Part shown: positions 1 through 9,458 of the stretch, in pieces | Position numbering within the stretch: the first letter of the stretch is position 1 | How the letters are laid out: each line of letters starts with the position of its first letter | NCBI GenBank assembly: GCA_964585225.1 | Contig: CAZPCZ010000001.1 | Span: forward strand, 6,018 to 70,017 | Direction of reading: 5' to 3' | Source of the DNA: an uncultured Gammaproteobacteria bacterium | GTDB lineage: Bacteria; Patescibacteriota; Patescibacteriia; JACPHY01 | DNA: 64,000 bases | Made by a program: the position numbers and the translations under genes | The notes under the pieces: model-generated | Told to the model about the DNA's origin: nothing | What the model saw: only the letters and a program-made list of their open reading frames with translations | The model's database searches: none

Positions 1-406
1 GGTCCCCAGACCCTCCGCTGTAGATGATGGGTACCGTCCCGTCGAGCTCACGATACGTCGCAATCCCCCGCCACAGCCGACGCCAGCTCGCGCCGCTGAG
101 CTCCCCGACATCGCGTCGTCCGTCCGGCTCCGTCGCTCCGCCTGCGAGAATGACGATTGCCGCAGCGTCACGATGGCGCGCGGTGATTGTCGGTGGGGCC
201 GCATACCGTTGCTCGAGCGTCCACGCGAGGCCGTTCGCAACCAGATCGAGTGAGAGGAGCCAGTACGCCGCGAGCGCCACGGTGAGGATCCAAAGCCCGC
301 TCCGGCGACGGTGCCGCCGCACGAGGACGATACCGACCACGAACGCCGCCGCGAGGAGCGTCGGCGGGAGGAGGAACGGCGTGATGAGTTTGGAGACGAT
401 GAACAT
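1..406 (-). CDS. DUF218 (YdcF/ElyC-like) domain protein, 3'-truncated by window edge
   Basis: Not in the ORF track because it has no stop inside the window. Manual minus-strand translation from ATG at 406 gives MFIVSKLITPFLLPPTLLAAAFVVGIVLVRRHRRRSGLW...AIVILAGGATEPDGRRDVGELSGASWRRLWRGIATYRELDGTVPIIYSGGSGD. The TM helix followed by the ILAGG...RL...YSGG pattern is typical of DUF218. It starts 7 nt after the CapD-like stop. Confidence 0.55.
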   Translation of the reverse strand, partial: MFIVSKLITPFLLPPTLLAAAFVVGIVLVRRHRRRSGLWILTVALAAYWLLSLDLVANGLAWTLEQRYAAPPTITARHRDAAAIVILAGGATEPDGRRDVGELSGASWRRLWRGIATYRELDGTVPIIYSGGSGD

Positions 407-412
407 CCTGAC

Positions 413-2398
413 TCACGCGAGTTCACGCGTACGCTCGCGTGCACGATCCGGGGTGACCGGAGCACCCACAGCGACCGCGGCGCGCGGTGGCGCCGTCACT
501 CCCGGCTCATACCACGCGATGCGCTGTCGGAGGAGCTGACGGATCGCGCTCCCGTCGGTGTCTGGGAACCGCGCGAGCTGATGGAGCTGCTGCACGAGCA
601 CCTGCATCTCCTCACGCGTCGTTACCTCGTGGGATCGAGCAACCCAAAGCTTCTCATGCGCGGTCGCGGTCGTCCCCTCTTCCGCGGTGAGGAGCTCCTC
701 GAAGAGCTTCTCGCCGGGACGGATGCCGATGTACTCGATCGCGATGTCGGTGTGCGGGCGGAGGTTGTGGAGCCGAATGAGTTCCTCGGCGAACGAGCGG
801 ATGTGCACTGGATCGCCCATGTCGAACACGAGCACCTCACCGCTGCGTCCAATCGCGCCGGCCTGGAGGACGAGCGCGACCGCCTCGGGGATCGTCATGA
901 AGTACCGACGCATCTCCTCGTGCGTCACGGTGAGCGGTCCACCGCGCGCGAGCTGCTCGAGGAAGATCGGCAGCACGCTCCCCCGTGATCCGAGGACGTT
1001 CCCGAACCGCACCGAGAGGAACGCGGTCTGACTCTCCGATCCGCACGCGCGGCAGAGTTGTTCTGCAATGCGCTTCGTCGCGCCCATAACGCTCGTGGGG
1101 CGCACCGCCTTGTCCGTTGATATGAGCACGAACTTCCCTGTGCCGACCCGCCGTGCTGCCTCTGCGATGTTCCATGTCCCGACGACGTTCACCTTTACTG
1201 CTTCTGATGCATTCCCCTCCATCATCGGGACATGCTTGTACGCCGCGGCGTGGAAGACGACATCCGGTCGGCACCGTTCGAACACTTCATCGACGCGATC
1301 CGTATCCCGAATGTCGCCGACGACGTACCGCACACGGTCCACGAGCGCCGGGAACTCGCGGCGGAGCGTGAGCTGGAGGTGGTGGAGCTCGGTCTCATCG
1401 ATCTCGAAGCACACGAGCGATCGCGGTCCATACCGACAGCTTTGCCGGACGATCTCGGAGCCGATCGAACCCGCCGCACCCGTGACGAGCACCGTCTTCC
1501 CCGCAAGCACGCGGCGGATCGCCACGGTATCAACACGGACAACCTCACGGCGAATGAGATCCTCAATCTTGATTTCCTCAATCGCTTGGAGTCGAATCTG
1601 CGGCGCGTGGACGTCATACAGCCGCGGCACGATCTTCACGTCCGCAATCCCCGCTTCCTTCGCGGCCCGGTAGATGCGCCGGAGGTCCTGGTGACCGAGC
1701 GATTGGATCGCCACGATGACGGTCTCGACGCGGAGAGAACGGATCGTGTCCGCAAGGTGGCGGATCGCACCGCGCACGCGGACGCCGTGGAGGCGCGTCC
1801 CGAGCAGGCGCTCATCGTCGTCGAGGAATGCAACGGGTGCGTAGACGTCATACTGTGTGCGCTGCATGTCACGGAGCACCATCTCACCGGTATTCCCCGC
1901 ACCAATGATGATTGTTCGTTTCCCTCGGCCGGTGTGTCGCTGCCCGCGGAGCACCTCCATCGCCGCACGCTTCCCGATGCGGAGCGCAGCGACGAGGATG
2001 AAGACGAGCACCGCATCGATGAGCAGGACGCCGCGCGGAAACCCAACGAACGAATCCAGCCGGAGAAAATAGAGCGCAAACGCGAGTGCGAGCGAAGCGG
2101 CGATGACCGCGTTGAGGATGTTCGCGAGATCGCGAAGCGACACGAACCTCCAGCTCATCGCATAGCCCCCGAAAAGCGCGAGTGCGCCGAGCTGTGCGAA
2201 GAGGAAGAGCGGGAGCGCGGGGAGCACGAGCCGGGCGTACGGCGGTTCCGGCATGAAGTCGAACCGGATGAGGAACGCTGCGGCGAGCGCAACAGTCACG
2301 ATCCACGCGTCCACGAGGAGAAAGAAGACGATGCGTTTCCCGCGCGTCGGTTGGAGCATGCGGCGGATGAACCGGATTGCGGGGAGCGTCGTGATCAT
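413..2398 (-). CDS. Membrane-bound polysaccharide biosynthesis protein CapD/PglF/WbpM family (NDP-HexNAc 4,6-dehydratase)
   Basis: 661 aa. N-terminal TM helices, two Rossmann motifs (IIGAGNTG and VTGAAGSIGSE), YKH catalytic region and extended-SDR fold. ATGA overlap with the upstream WecA-like gene. Confidence 0.85.
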   Translation of the reverse strand: MITTLPAIRFIRRMLQPTRGKRIVFFLLVDAWIVTVALAAAFLIRFDFMPEPPYARLVLPALPLFLFAQLGALALFGGYAMSWRFVSLRDLANILNAVIAASLALAFALYFLRLDSFVGFPRGVLLIDAVLVFILVAALRIGKRAAMEVLRGQRHTGRGKRTIIIGAGNTGEMVLRDMQRTQYDVYAPVAFLDDDERLLGTRLHGVRVRGAIRHLADTIRSLRVETVIVAIQSLGHQDLRRIYRAAKEAGIADVKIVPRLYDVHAPQIRLQAIEEIKIEDLIRREVVRVDTVAIRRVLAGKTVLVTGAAGSIGSEIVRQSCRYGPRSLVCFEIDETELHHLQLTLRREFPALVDRVRYVVGDIRDTDRVDEVFERCRPDVVFHAAAYKHVPMMEGNASEAVKVNVVGTWNIAEAARRVGTGKFVLISTDKAVRPTSVMGATKRIAEQLCRACGSESQTAFLSVRFGNVLGSRGSVLPIFLEQLARGGPLTVTHEEMRRYFMTIPEAVALVLQAGAIGRSGEVLVFDMGDPVHIRSFAEELIRLHNLRPHTDIAIEYIGIRPGEKLFEELLTAEEGTTATAHEKLWVARSHEVTTREEMQVLVQQLHQLARFPDTDGSAIRQLLRQRIAWYEPGVTAPPRAAVAVGAPVTPDRARERTRELA

Positions 2399-3423
2399 GC
2401 GGGTGGTCGTGCGGGGCGGAACTGATACCAGGCCCAGATCGCAACGGCGAGGAGGATCGCCGTGACCGTCGTTGGGATGAGGAGGTTCGGGCGCTGGAGG
2501 CCGATGAACGCGAGGACGACGAGAGCGACATCGAGCGCGAGCACGCCGAGCACCACGGTGGAATGCCGATGACCGGCTTGGACCGCGCGCTGGTACGAGA
2601 ACATCCGGTGCGCTTCATACCACCGCTCACCGCGGATCGCCCGGCGGATCGTCGTGAATCCTGCATCAACGATGACCACTGCGAAGATGGTGATCCACGT
2701 GAGCGCAGGGACCGCTCGGAGCTGCTCGGAAGCGACCGCGAGCACCGCGAAGGAGAACCCGAGGAGCACGCTCCCGACATCCCCCATGAAGATCTTTGCA
2801 GGGTGCCAGTTCCACACGAGGAATCCGAGTGCTGCAGCGGCGAGGGTCCCGTAGGCCGCCGCGATCGCCGGCGCGCCGACGAGGAACGAGAGGAGCGCAA
2901 GGACGCTTCCCGCGAGCACTGCCTGCGCACCGATCAGCCCGTCAATCCCATCCATGAAATTGTACAGATTACTGAAGGCGACCGTGCACAGGACGGCGAG
3001 GAGCGCGCCCCACACGCCGAGCGACACCACCGTCATCCCAACGAAGATCGTGTCCGGACCTCTGATCCACCAGATCGCCCACACGGCGGCGATGACGTAC
3101 GCGATGAGACGGACGCGCGCCGGGAGCTGTCGCCGATCATCCATCCATCCGACGACGGCGACGAGCGCCCCACCGCCGACGAGCGCCATGGCAATGGACG
3201 CCGGGAGCGCCCCCGTAACCCCAAGAATCGCGAACACGCCGAGTGCGACGACCGCCAATCCAATCCCTCCGCTCGACGGTGTCGGCACCGCATGCGAGCT
3301 TCGCGCGTTCGGCATCGCGAGCCACTGCCGCGCAACCGCATGCCGGTAGACCATCCCGGTCAGGATCGCGGATGCCGCGGCGACCGCAAGAAAGGAAAGG
3401 GTGAGCTGGAAACCGAGACCCAT
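2395..3423 (-). CDS. Polyprenol-phosphate HexNAc-1-phosphate transferase (WecA/WbpL/MraY family, GT4 phosphoglycosyltransferase)
   Basis: 342 aa polytopic membrane protein with the NLYNFMDGIDGL motif and a DDxxD-like (MDDRR) region characteristic of MraY/WecA. Confidence 0.85.
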   Translation of the reverse strand: MGLGFQLTLSFLAVAAASAILTGMVYRHAVARQWLAMPNARSSHAVPTPSSGGIGLAVVALGVFAILGVTGALPASIAMALVGGGALVAVVGWMDDRRQLPARVRLIAYVIAAVWAIWWIRGPDTIFVGMTVVSLGVWGALLAVLCTVAFSNLYNFMDGIDGLIGAQAVLAGSVLALLSFLVGAPAIAAAYGTLAAAALGFLVWNWHPAKIFMGDVGSVLLGFSFAVLAVASEQLRAVPALTWITIFAVVIVDAGFTTIRRAIRGERWYEAHRMFSYQRAVQAGHRHSTVVLGVLALDVALVVLAFIGLQRPNLLIPTTVTAILLAVAIWAWYQFRPARPPA

Positions 3424-3555
3424 ACGGGCTTACGCCATCACGGATTCGCAGATTCTTCGCGGATATGCTGATATGCGGATGGCACTGATGCGGGTCGGCG
3501 ATTCGATCCGCGTATCCGTAATCCGCGACCTCATCCGCGAATCCGTGATTGCGCG

Positions 3556-4083
3556 TCAGCGCTCCTCCACGCTCCACGCGTCCCAATACCGCGCGTCGTA
3601 GCGAACGTCATCGTCCTTCGTCTCCTCCATCGTCGCCGTGGAGAAGTACATGACCGTCGCGTCGGTACTCAGTGACATCGCACCGTTCGCATAGCCGGGA
3701 GGAATGTAGAGCACGGCGGGTTTCTTCGCGGACATCGTGTACCGATACACCTTCGCGTTGCGGTCCGGCTTCACCCAGTCGCCAACGATGGGCACCGCAC
3801 CGACGAGTGCCACACCCGCGACGACGAGGACATATTTCGCCTCACGCCGGTGCGCGTGCCACGCGCGAATGAACCCCTGCCGATGGTTCTGCAAAAAGTA
3901 AAACCGTTTCACGCCCTGAAACGTGAACCCGTTCACGTACCCCACCTCTCCCCGATCATCGACCCCAAGGCCACCGCCCTCGAGGAATGTCGGCTCGGTG
4001 TAGGGGGGAAGCTGGTCGCGTGTCGCGGTCAATCCGAGGTTCGCGGACGCGGGGAGTGTACGCATAGCATCATTGGTGTCCAT
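3556..4083 (-). CDS. RmlC-like cupin, putative NDP-sugar 3,4-ketoisomerase / epimerase (FdtA/WxcM-like)
   Basis: ORF 3556..4095 (the 4095 start is GTG). The cupin core reads RAWHAHRREAKYVLVV...LYIPPGYANG...YFS. Start is ambiguous between GTG 4095, ATG 4083 and ATG 4065. The N-terminus overlaps the tail of the downstream epimerase ORF, which was extended by a palindromic element. Confidence 0.6.
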   Translation of the reverse strand: MDTNDAMRTLPASANLGLTATRDQLPPYTEPTFLEGGGLGVDDRGEVGYVNGFTFQGVKRFYFLQNHRQGFIRAWHAHRREAKYVLVVAGVALVGAVPIVGDWVKPDRNAKVYRYTMSAKKPAVLYIPPGYANGAMSLSTDATVMYFSTATMEETKDDDVRYDARYWDAWSVEER

Positions 4084-5110
4084 CGGCAAACCCACGAGAT
4101 TTGCTCCCCACCCCCACGTTCTCCCCCTCCCCTCTCAGATGGGAGGGGGAGTGAGAGGGGGAGAGGAACGCCTGTGATAATGGGTGTACCTTCAGGAAGG
4201 CCTCATTACTGTACCGCGGGCTCCGGGCATCCTTCAAACGCCCACTCGCGACGAGATCGCGGATCTGCTGGATGCCGTCGTCGAGCGTGTAGCGGGGCTG
4301 GAATCCGAGCTCGCGGCGCGCGCGGGTGCTGTCGAGCCGGACATCTCCGGTTGCCGATCGGTCCGCGGGCCGGACGTCCACGCGTGTTGACGGAATATGT
4401 CGCTGGACGCGTGCGGCGAGGTCAATAATCCGCTCATTTTCGGTGCAGAGGTTGAATGGACCCGTCACCGACGTCGCGACGTGATCGGCCATCACCTTCG
4501 CAACATCGCGAACGTAACAGAATCCACGGAACTGTTGCCCACCGTGAACGGTGAGGACGCCATCCGTGCACGCGTGCATGGCGAAAAGATTTGGGACAAG
4601 ATCGAATCGCGGACGACTCATGGAGTCCGCAAGGCCGAAGAGTGTCGCGAGACGCACGACGAGCGCGCGCCCAGCGAGATGGCGCTCGGCCGCCACTTTC
4701 GTTTCCTGATACAACGTCTGCGGATGGAGCGGCGCATCTTCCGTGAGCACGCCGTCGCTCACGCCGTACGCGAGTGATGTGGACGGGAAGATGATGCGAC
4801 CGTCGTACGAACGCGCGAGCCATGCGAGCGATTGCGCATTGAGCGCCACCGCGAGCTCCGGATACAACGCACACGCACCATCTGCGACGAGCGCCGCGAG
4901 CCAGATGACCGCGTCCGCCCATGCGAGATGTGCACGGAGCCGGTCGCGGTCTCGGATGTCACCACGCACAAACGCATGCGGCTTCCGATACTCCTCCTCC
5001 CAGAGGAGACAGTCGTAGACACGAACCTCATGACCAGCCTCCGCGAGGAGGTCGGTCACCGCGCTCCCAACGTATCCCGCACCACCGACGACGAGGACGC
5101 GTTGAATCAT
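4070..5110 (-). CDS. NAD-dependent sugar epimerase/dehydratase (SDR), paralog of 30471..31460
   Basis: VLVVGGAGYVGS Rossmann motif. Blockwise similarity to the 30471 gene (VYD.LL.EE.YRK, WADAV.WLAALV.D.ACAL). C-terminal tail ...SPSHSPSHLRGEGENVGVG is encoded by palindromic element copy (a) and is about 19 aa longer than the paralog. Confidence 0.85.
   Translation of the reverse strand: MIQRVLVVGGAGYVGSAVTDLLAEAGHEVRVYDCLLWEEEYRKPHAFVRGDIRDRDRLRAHLAWADAVIWLAALVADGACALYPELAVALNAQSLAWLARSYDGRIIFPSTSLAYGVSDGVLTEDAPLHPQTLYQETKVAAERHLAGRALVVRLATLFGLADSMSRPRFDLVPNLFAMHACTDGVLTVHGGQQFRGFCYVRDVAKVMADHVATSVTGPFNLCTENERIIDLAARVQRHIPSTRVDVRPADRSATGDVRLDSTRARRELGFQPRYTLDDGIQQIRDLVASGRLKDARSPRYSNEAFLKVHPLSQAFLSPSHSPSHLRGEGENVGVGSKSRGFADGHQ
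4119..4166. repeat. GC-rich palindromic element copy (a), in-frame within the 3' end of the epimerase ORF
   Basis: ttctccccctcccctctcagatgggagggggagtgagagggggagagg. Arms are CTCCCCCTCCC / GGGAGGGGGAG. Confidence 0.7.
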
Positions 5111-5120
5111 GTACGTGCCT

Positions 5121-5173
5121 CACTCCCACCTTTTCTCCCCTCCCTCGGGGAGGGGGAGCGAGAGAGGGTGGGC
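5121..5173. repeat. GC-rich palindromic element copy (b), intergenic, in the 5' leader of the epimerase gene
   Basis: cactcccaccttttctcccctccctcggggagggggagcgagagagggtggg, with outer arms CCCACC/GGTGGG. Its reverse complement is nearly identical to copy (d). Confidence 0.7.
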
Positions 5174-5311
5174 GCAATGAGTTCACCGAAACGATTATGA
5201 GTGGCTTGATCGCACCCAGCGTACCGCACCCCCACACCGCGGGCAATGCAAAGCCCCACTCCGATGCTTGTCCGCCTTGGGCGGGGACATCGGAGCGGGG
5301 CGTGAGCAGCT

Positions 5312-6472
5312 CTACGCGATCTCGCTACCGATGCGCTGGCGCACGACCGCGTACGGGACACGACGGATCGGATGGTAGAGCAGGTACAGTACCCCGATGA
5401 TCGCCACGGCAACAACGTACAGCGCACTGCCACGCACGAAGAGCGGGAGAACGAATGCGGTCGTGAACGCGATCGACTGCACGAACCACGTGAGCGCGGA
5501 GAACGCGTCGAGCGTCGCTCCGTCCGAAACGTCCCCGACGAGTGCGAACGTGGTCGTCCGCCCGAGCCCGAAGTTCACCGCGAGGAACGCAATGGCAACG
5601 ATGAGGAGCGCTGGGCTGCCCGCGACCGCGAGGAGGACGAGTCCAGCGATGCTCGACCCGAATGTTGCGGTGACCATCCCATTGCGTCCGGTACGGTCCG
5701 AGAGCGCGCCGAACGCGTACGCGGTGAGCACCGGCGCGAGGTAGAACAGTGCGATGAGCACCCCGATGGCGGGAGTGGCCCCAAATACCTCCCCGATCTT
5801 CAGGGGGACAATACCGAGGATGAACCCCTGGATGAAGTTGAACGGGAACCAGACGATCACGATGCGACGCGCCGTTGCGCTCCGGAGCATTCGGAATGCC
5901 GCGCTCCACTCGCGACGCTTGACGTCGCCGTGGAGATCATCGAGGCGAGTGAGGACAGCGAGCGCGAGGAGTGGAATGGTTGCGAAGGCGGCGAGGCCAG
6001 CGCGGAATCCGATCGTGGGAAGGAGGATGCCGAGGAGGAGCACGCCGCTCGCTGCGCCCACGGCGAACATGGTCGCGAATCGGCCCGCGTCTGCGCCGTA
6101 TGTGGCAGGATCGCTCGCGCGGATAAGGTACGCACTCTGTGCGGTCCAGAGTACCGATCCCGCGACGCCGAGCACCATCGACGCGGCAAGAATCGCTGGT
6201 GGCGACGCAGTGAGGAGCGAGAAACCGTAGAGCGCGTACGCTGTCACCGCGACGACCATGCTCCGCTTCGCGCCGAGACGCGTGACGACGCTCGCCGCAG
6301 GCAAGCTCCCGACCATGAACGCGAGGTACACGAGGACGAGCGAGAGGAACCCGATGCGCGGGATGCCGAGGTGTTGGAAGTACGTCGTCACGTACTGCTG
6401 GAACCCATCGAATCCGAAAAAGATGAGCAGGAAGCTCACCCCGAGGAACTGTACGTTTCGCGATCTGCGCAT
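5312..6472 (-). CDS. MFS transporter
   Basis: About 12 predicted TM segments in a 386 aa hydrophobic protein. Start at the internal ATG (MRRSRNVQF...) is supported by an AAGGAG RBS 7 nt upstream. ORF-track start 6685 is rejected because its N-terminal extension is low-complexity. Confidence 0.8.
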   Translation of the reverse strand: MRRSRNVQFLGVSFLLIFFGFDGFQQYVTTYFQHLGIPRIGFLSLVLVYLAFMVGSLPAASVVTRLGAKRSMVVAVTAYALYGFSLLTASPPAILAASMVLGVAGSVLWTAQSAYLIRASDPATYGADAGRFATMFAVGAASGVLLLGILLPTIGFRAGLAAFATIPLLALAVLTRLDDLHGDVKRREWSAAFRMLRSATARRIVIVWFPFNFIQGFILGIVPLKIGEVFGATPAIGVLIALFYLAPVLTAYAFGALSDRTGRNGMVTATFGSSIAGLVLLAVAGSPALLIVAIAFLAVNFGLGRTTTFALVGDVSDGATLDAFSALTWFVQSIAFTTAFVLPLFVRGSALYVVAVAIIGVLYLLYHPIRRVPYAVVRQRIGSEIA

Positions 6473-6545
6473 AGCGACTCCTTCTGTTATGCTGGATACC
6501 TCAACGGTACGGGACACCGCACGCGTTGTCGATCCGAAATGGAAA

Positions 6546-6572
6546 GCGCCCCGCAGCGATACTGCGGGGCGC
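6546..6572 (-). terminator. Intrinsic terminator hairpin downstream of the 6622 gene
   Basis: GCGCCCCGCAG-cgata-CTGCGGGGCGC (11-bp perfect stem), followed on the minus strand by TTTCCATTT. Confidence 0.6.
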
Positions 6573-6621
6573 GATGTTGCCTCGGTGACGCATGATTCCC
6601 TCCTGTCGATGCCGTCTCTAC

Positions 6622-7179
6622 CTATCGCCGGTCCTTCGCTGCCCGCCGCTTGAGCAGCTCCAGTTCCACCTGAGACGTGCCACACTCGGCAGGCAAGATC
6701 GGCGTTTCAAACATGCGCTGATCTGCCGATCCTTCCAGGAACATGACGAGCTCGGTAATCTTGTCGCACTCGCCACGTCGGCATGCTTCCAGGAGCGTAC
6801 GTATGTGCTGAACCACGTACTCCCGGTGCCAACGCATGACCTCGTCCCTCGTGCATCCAAGCCGCGAGACAGGTACGAACTTGCGGCAATCGAATGCGGC
6901 GCGGAGGAATGACACGCGCTCCACGGCGCCACCTCGACACTCGTCTACAATCGTTCGAAGTGCGCGCACGAGCTCATCGGCGTGGGCGTACTTCTGTAGT
7001 GCCCGATCCATCGCACGCACCTTCCGAACACTCACCCCCACACCAGCAGGTACGGGAGCCTGGATGAGTGGCAAACCAAGATGCTGCAGCAGCGCCAAGA
7101 ATCGGAGCTGGAGCACTATTGCCTCCCGAGTCATGGCGTCGAGTCCGCTGATCATCGTATAGAATCGATCAACGCCCAT
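6622..7179 (-). CDS. Hypothetical protein
   Basis: 186 aa from MGVDRFYTMISGL. GAGGAAA RBS 5 nt upstream. Overlaps the HAD stop by about 10 nt. No recognisable motif. ORF-track N-terminal extension rejected. Confidence 0.5.
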   Translation of the reverse strand: MGVDRFYTMISGLDAMTREAIVLQLRFLALLQHLGLPLIQAPVPAGVGVSVRKVRAMDRALQKYAHADELVRALRTIVDECRGGAVERVSFLRAAFDCRKFVPVSRLGCTRDEVMRWHREYVVQHIRTLLEACRRGECDKITELVMFLEGSADQRMFETPILPAECGTSQVELELLKRRAAKDRR

Positions 7180-7834
7180 GTGTTTCCTCATTGGTGAGCA
7201 CTCTGTGGTGTTCGCGCAAAACGATTCGCAGCTCCTCAACGCCGACGACCGGAGTTGGATTGTACTGGTGCACTCGGAGTCCCGCTCCACGGGCCGATGC
7301 GCAGTTCGCAACGGCGTCATCCACGAGGAGAATCGTGGCCGGATCGCGGTCCTGCCAGCCGAGACCTGCGAGGATCGTGGACCATACACCGGGGTCGGTC
7401 TTCGTCATACGGATCTCGTGCGAGCGCACCACCGGACCATACCGTCCCGCGAGGTCGATGAGCTCGCGCTCGCGTGCAGTCTGCCATGCGTTCGCTGTCG
7501 TGACGAAGGCGAGCGGAACGCCTTGTCCCTTCAACGACTCGAGCACAGCGAGCACCTCCGCATCGACCGCATAGATGTGCGCGTCGTGTGCTGCACGGAC
7601 GAGCGCATCGGTGAGGTACGGTGCCTCTACCGCCTCGCGCACCGACGTTGCGAACTGCTCGCCCGTAATCCTCCCACGGGCGAATTGTCCGTACGCGCTC
7701 TGGTGGAAGAACAGCGCCCACTTGTCCGGACGCACGCCGAGCTCTGCGAGAATCGCGTACGTCACCACGTGCGTCGCGCGGACGATGACGTTCCCGACGT
7801 CGAAGAGAGTCACCTTGATCTGTTGCTCGCTCAT
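7169..7834 (-). CDS. HAD-superfamily hydrolase (subfamily IA-like)
   Basis: Start MSEQQIKVTLFDVGNVIV carries the DxG motif I. GGAGGT RBS. ATGA overlap with the upstream gene. C-terminal ...LLVDDA... is motif IV-like. Confidence 0.8.
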   Translation of the reverse strand: MSEQQIKVTLFDVGNVIVRATHVVTYAILAELGVRPDKWALFFHQSAYGQFARGRITGEQFATSVREAVEAPYLTDALVRAAHDAHIYAVDAEVLAVLESLKGQGVPLAFVTTANAWQTARERELIDLAGRYGPVVRSHEIRMTKTDPGVWSTILAGLGWQDRDPATILLVDDAVANCASARGAGLRVHQYNPTPVVGVEELRIVLREHHRVLTNEETHGR

Positions 7835-8772
7835 TCGATACCTCCTTTCGGGGTCCAGTTGAGTGCCTCGATCGCCGCGCGGCCGAGGTGGGTGAGGTTG
7901 TACTCCCACGCCTCGCCAGACAGTGCGAGGTGGATGCCGCAGGGGTGGAGCCCGCCGTCGTCACCGAAGTGGAACAGGATCGGACTCTTTCCCGCACGCG
8001 GCACGACGACCGCGACGGTCCGTCGGAGTGCGACCCACTCCGGCTCACCGCGCTCGCGATTGCCCGGACGACACTCCGTATCGAACAGCCGCCAGCCGTC
8101 CCCATTGAGGTGGAGCCGCGCGAGGTGGAGGAACGAGAAATCGCCGACCGGACCGACCGTGACGACGCCGCGGCGGCCTTCGAGCACATCCCTCCCGATC
8201 GGGAGGATGTCGATGGCCGCCTCGTACCGAGACGGAAACTCCGGACGAACGAACCCCCAGACACTCCGTTGCTCCAGGTCGAAATGTTCCTGGTGCACAC
8301 CGAGCTCCGGAGGGAGCAGGAATCGCGCCCAGCCGTCCTCGCGGCACACGCCGACCTCGACGATCTCCTCGAGCTGCTCGGCGAGGAGCTGCGCGTCTTC
8401 CGCCATGCCACCGGCGGGCTCCGCCGAGTTCTGGATCACCGGCGCCGCAGTGTTCCGCACGAGCATGACGAGCGCCTCGTTCGGCCACCGATCGAGCCCG
8501 TACTTCACGAGCAATCGCTCCATGAGCGACTCCGGGAGCCACGTGAGCGAGCGGAACGGGACGAGAATCGCCGTCGCGCCGCCAAGGAACCCGAGCGTCT
8601 GGAATTCACCCGACACACGCCGTCGAATGCGATCGAACACCTCGGGATCCGCACCCGCCTCGCTGATGTGCGTCGGCCGCGGACCTTCGACCGTTCGAAG
8701 GTCGCCGATCTTCGCAATGATGTCGCCATTCGACGCGATCGTGCCGGTTATCAGTCCTTGCATCCACGCCAT
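7831..8772 (-). CDS. Hypothetical protein (possible double cupin-like beta fold)
   Basis: 313 aa with a GGGAGGAG RBS 9 nt upstream of the ATG and translational coupling to the HAD gene. No confident family assignment. Confidence 0.55.
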   Translation of the reverse strand: MAWMQGLITGTIASNGDIIAKIGDLRTVEGPRPTHISEAGADPEVFDRIRRRVSGEFQTLGFLGGATAILVPFRSLTWLPESLMERLLVKYGLDRWPNEALVMLVRNTAAPVIQNSAEPAGGMAEDAQLLAEQLEEIVEVGVCREDGWARFLLPPELGVHQEHFDLEQRSVWGFVRPEFPSRYEAAIDILPIGRDVLEGRRGVVTVGPVGDFSFLHLARLHLNGDGWRLFDTECRPGNRERGEPEWVALRRTVAVVVPRAGKSPILFHFGDDGGLHPCGIHLALSGEAWEYNLTHLGRAAIEALNWTPKGGIE

Positions 8773-8869
8773 CGGAATGCTCCTCCCTACGGTTGCTGTT
8801 CAGTTGTGAAACAACGATCGGTGCGACCGTACCACGCTCCCACACCGCAGTCAACATCAGCACACTAAA

Positions 8870-8925
8870 CCCCGCACGTGACACTCCCCCTCGTTCTGAG
8901 GGGGAGCAGGAGGGGGTGCGGGGTC
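8870..8925. repeat. GC-rich palindromic element copy (c), intergenic between the HIT stop and the 8772 gene start
   Basis: ccccgcacgtgacactccccctcgttctgagggggagcaggagggggtgcgggg. Nested palindrome: outer CCCCGCAC/GTGCGGGG, inner CTCCCCCTC/GAGGGGGAG. Confidence 0.7.
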
Positions 8926-8942
8926 TGTGCCGAAACCGGAGA

Positions 8943-9347
8943 TCACTTGCTGCGGAATTCGCGGTGATGTTTCAAAGTTTTCACGATCTGTGTGCGGAGC
9001 TTCGACGCGAACGGAAACGTGCGTGCGCGCTTTGGCGCGTGGTGGAACACGTCGAACCCCTGCTCGTTGTGCCGCGGGACGAGGTGCCAGTGGACGTGCT
9101 TCGCTTCGTCCATGTAGATGAGGTACACCTTCTCAATGCCGAGGGTTTTCAAAAGCGCATCGCGGACGAGATCCACGACGTCCATGAGGTATTCGACCTG
9201 CGCACACGAGAGGAGATGGAGGTCGCGCACCGGCCGCTTCCACACGACGACCGTGTGTCCCTTCGTGATCGGCCGCATCGCGAGGCACGCATACACACGC
9301 GCGTCTTCGTAGACGATGGAAGGTTTTGGGGGGTTGGGGAGCGACAT
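8943..9347 (-). CDS. HIT-family nucleotide hydrolase/transferase
   Basis: Canonical histidine triad HVHWHLVPR. 134 aa. Confidence 0.85.
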   Translation of the reverse strand: MSLPNPPKPSIVYEDARVYACLAMRPITKGHTVVVWKRPVRDLHLLSCAQVEYLMDVVDLVRDALLKTLGIEKVYLIYMDEAKHVHWHLVPRHNEQGFDVFHHAPKRARTFPFASKLRTQIVKTLKHHREFRSK

Positions 9348-9458
9348 ACCACGCGTATAGCATCATCTCTTGCGCGGCGCACGTACTCCCTTCTATGATG
9401 AGGGGCGTCGAAGCCGCGCGCAATCCCGCGCACGGCAACGCTCGACACGAGGTGCCCT

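Noticed and set aside
311-2425. Plus-strand ORFs 311..988 and 1232..2425
   Set aside because: Antisense shadow ORFs over the CapD-like gene, R/E/D-rich with no recognisable motifs.
5312-6685. N-terminal 71-aa extension of the MFS ORF (start 6685), and similar long N-terminal extensions of ORFs 6622..7389, 7169..7909, 53755..54777, 58237..59532 and 44562..45527
   Set aside because: Extensions are low-complexity. They overlap upstream genes by 100-300 nt. Internal starts with good RBS or ATGA coupling give proteins of canonical length.
5372-8868. Plus-strand ORFs 5372..6595, 7178..8809 and 7888..8868
   Set aside because: Antisense to the MFS, HAD and hypothetical genes. Low-complexity R/S/P-rich translations and no RBS or coupling logic.
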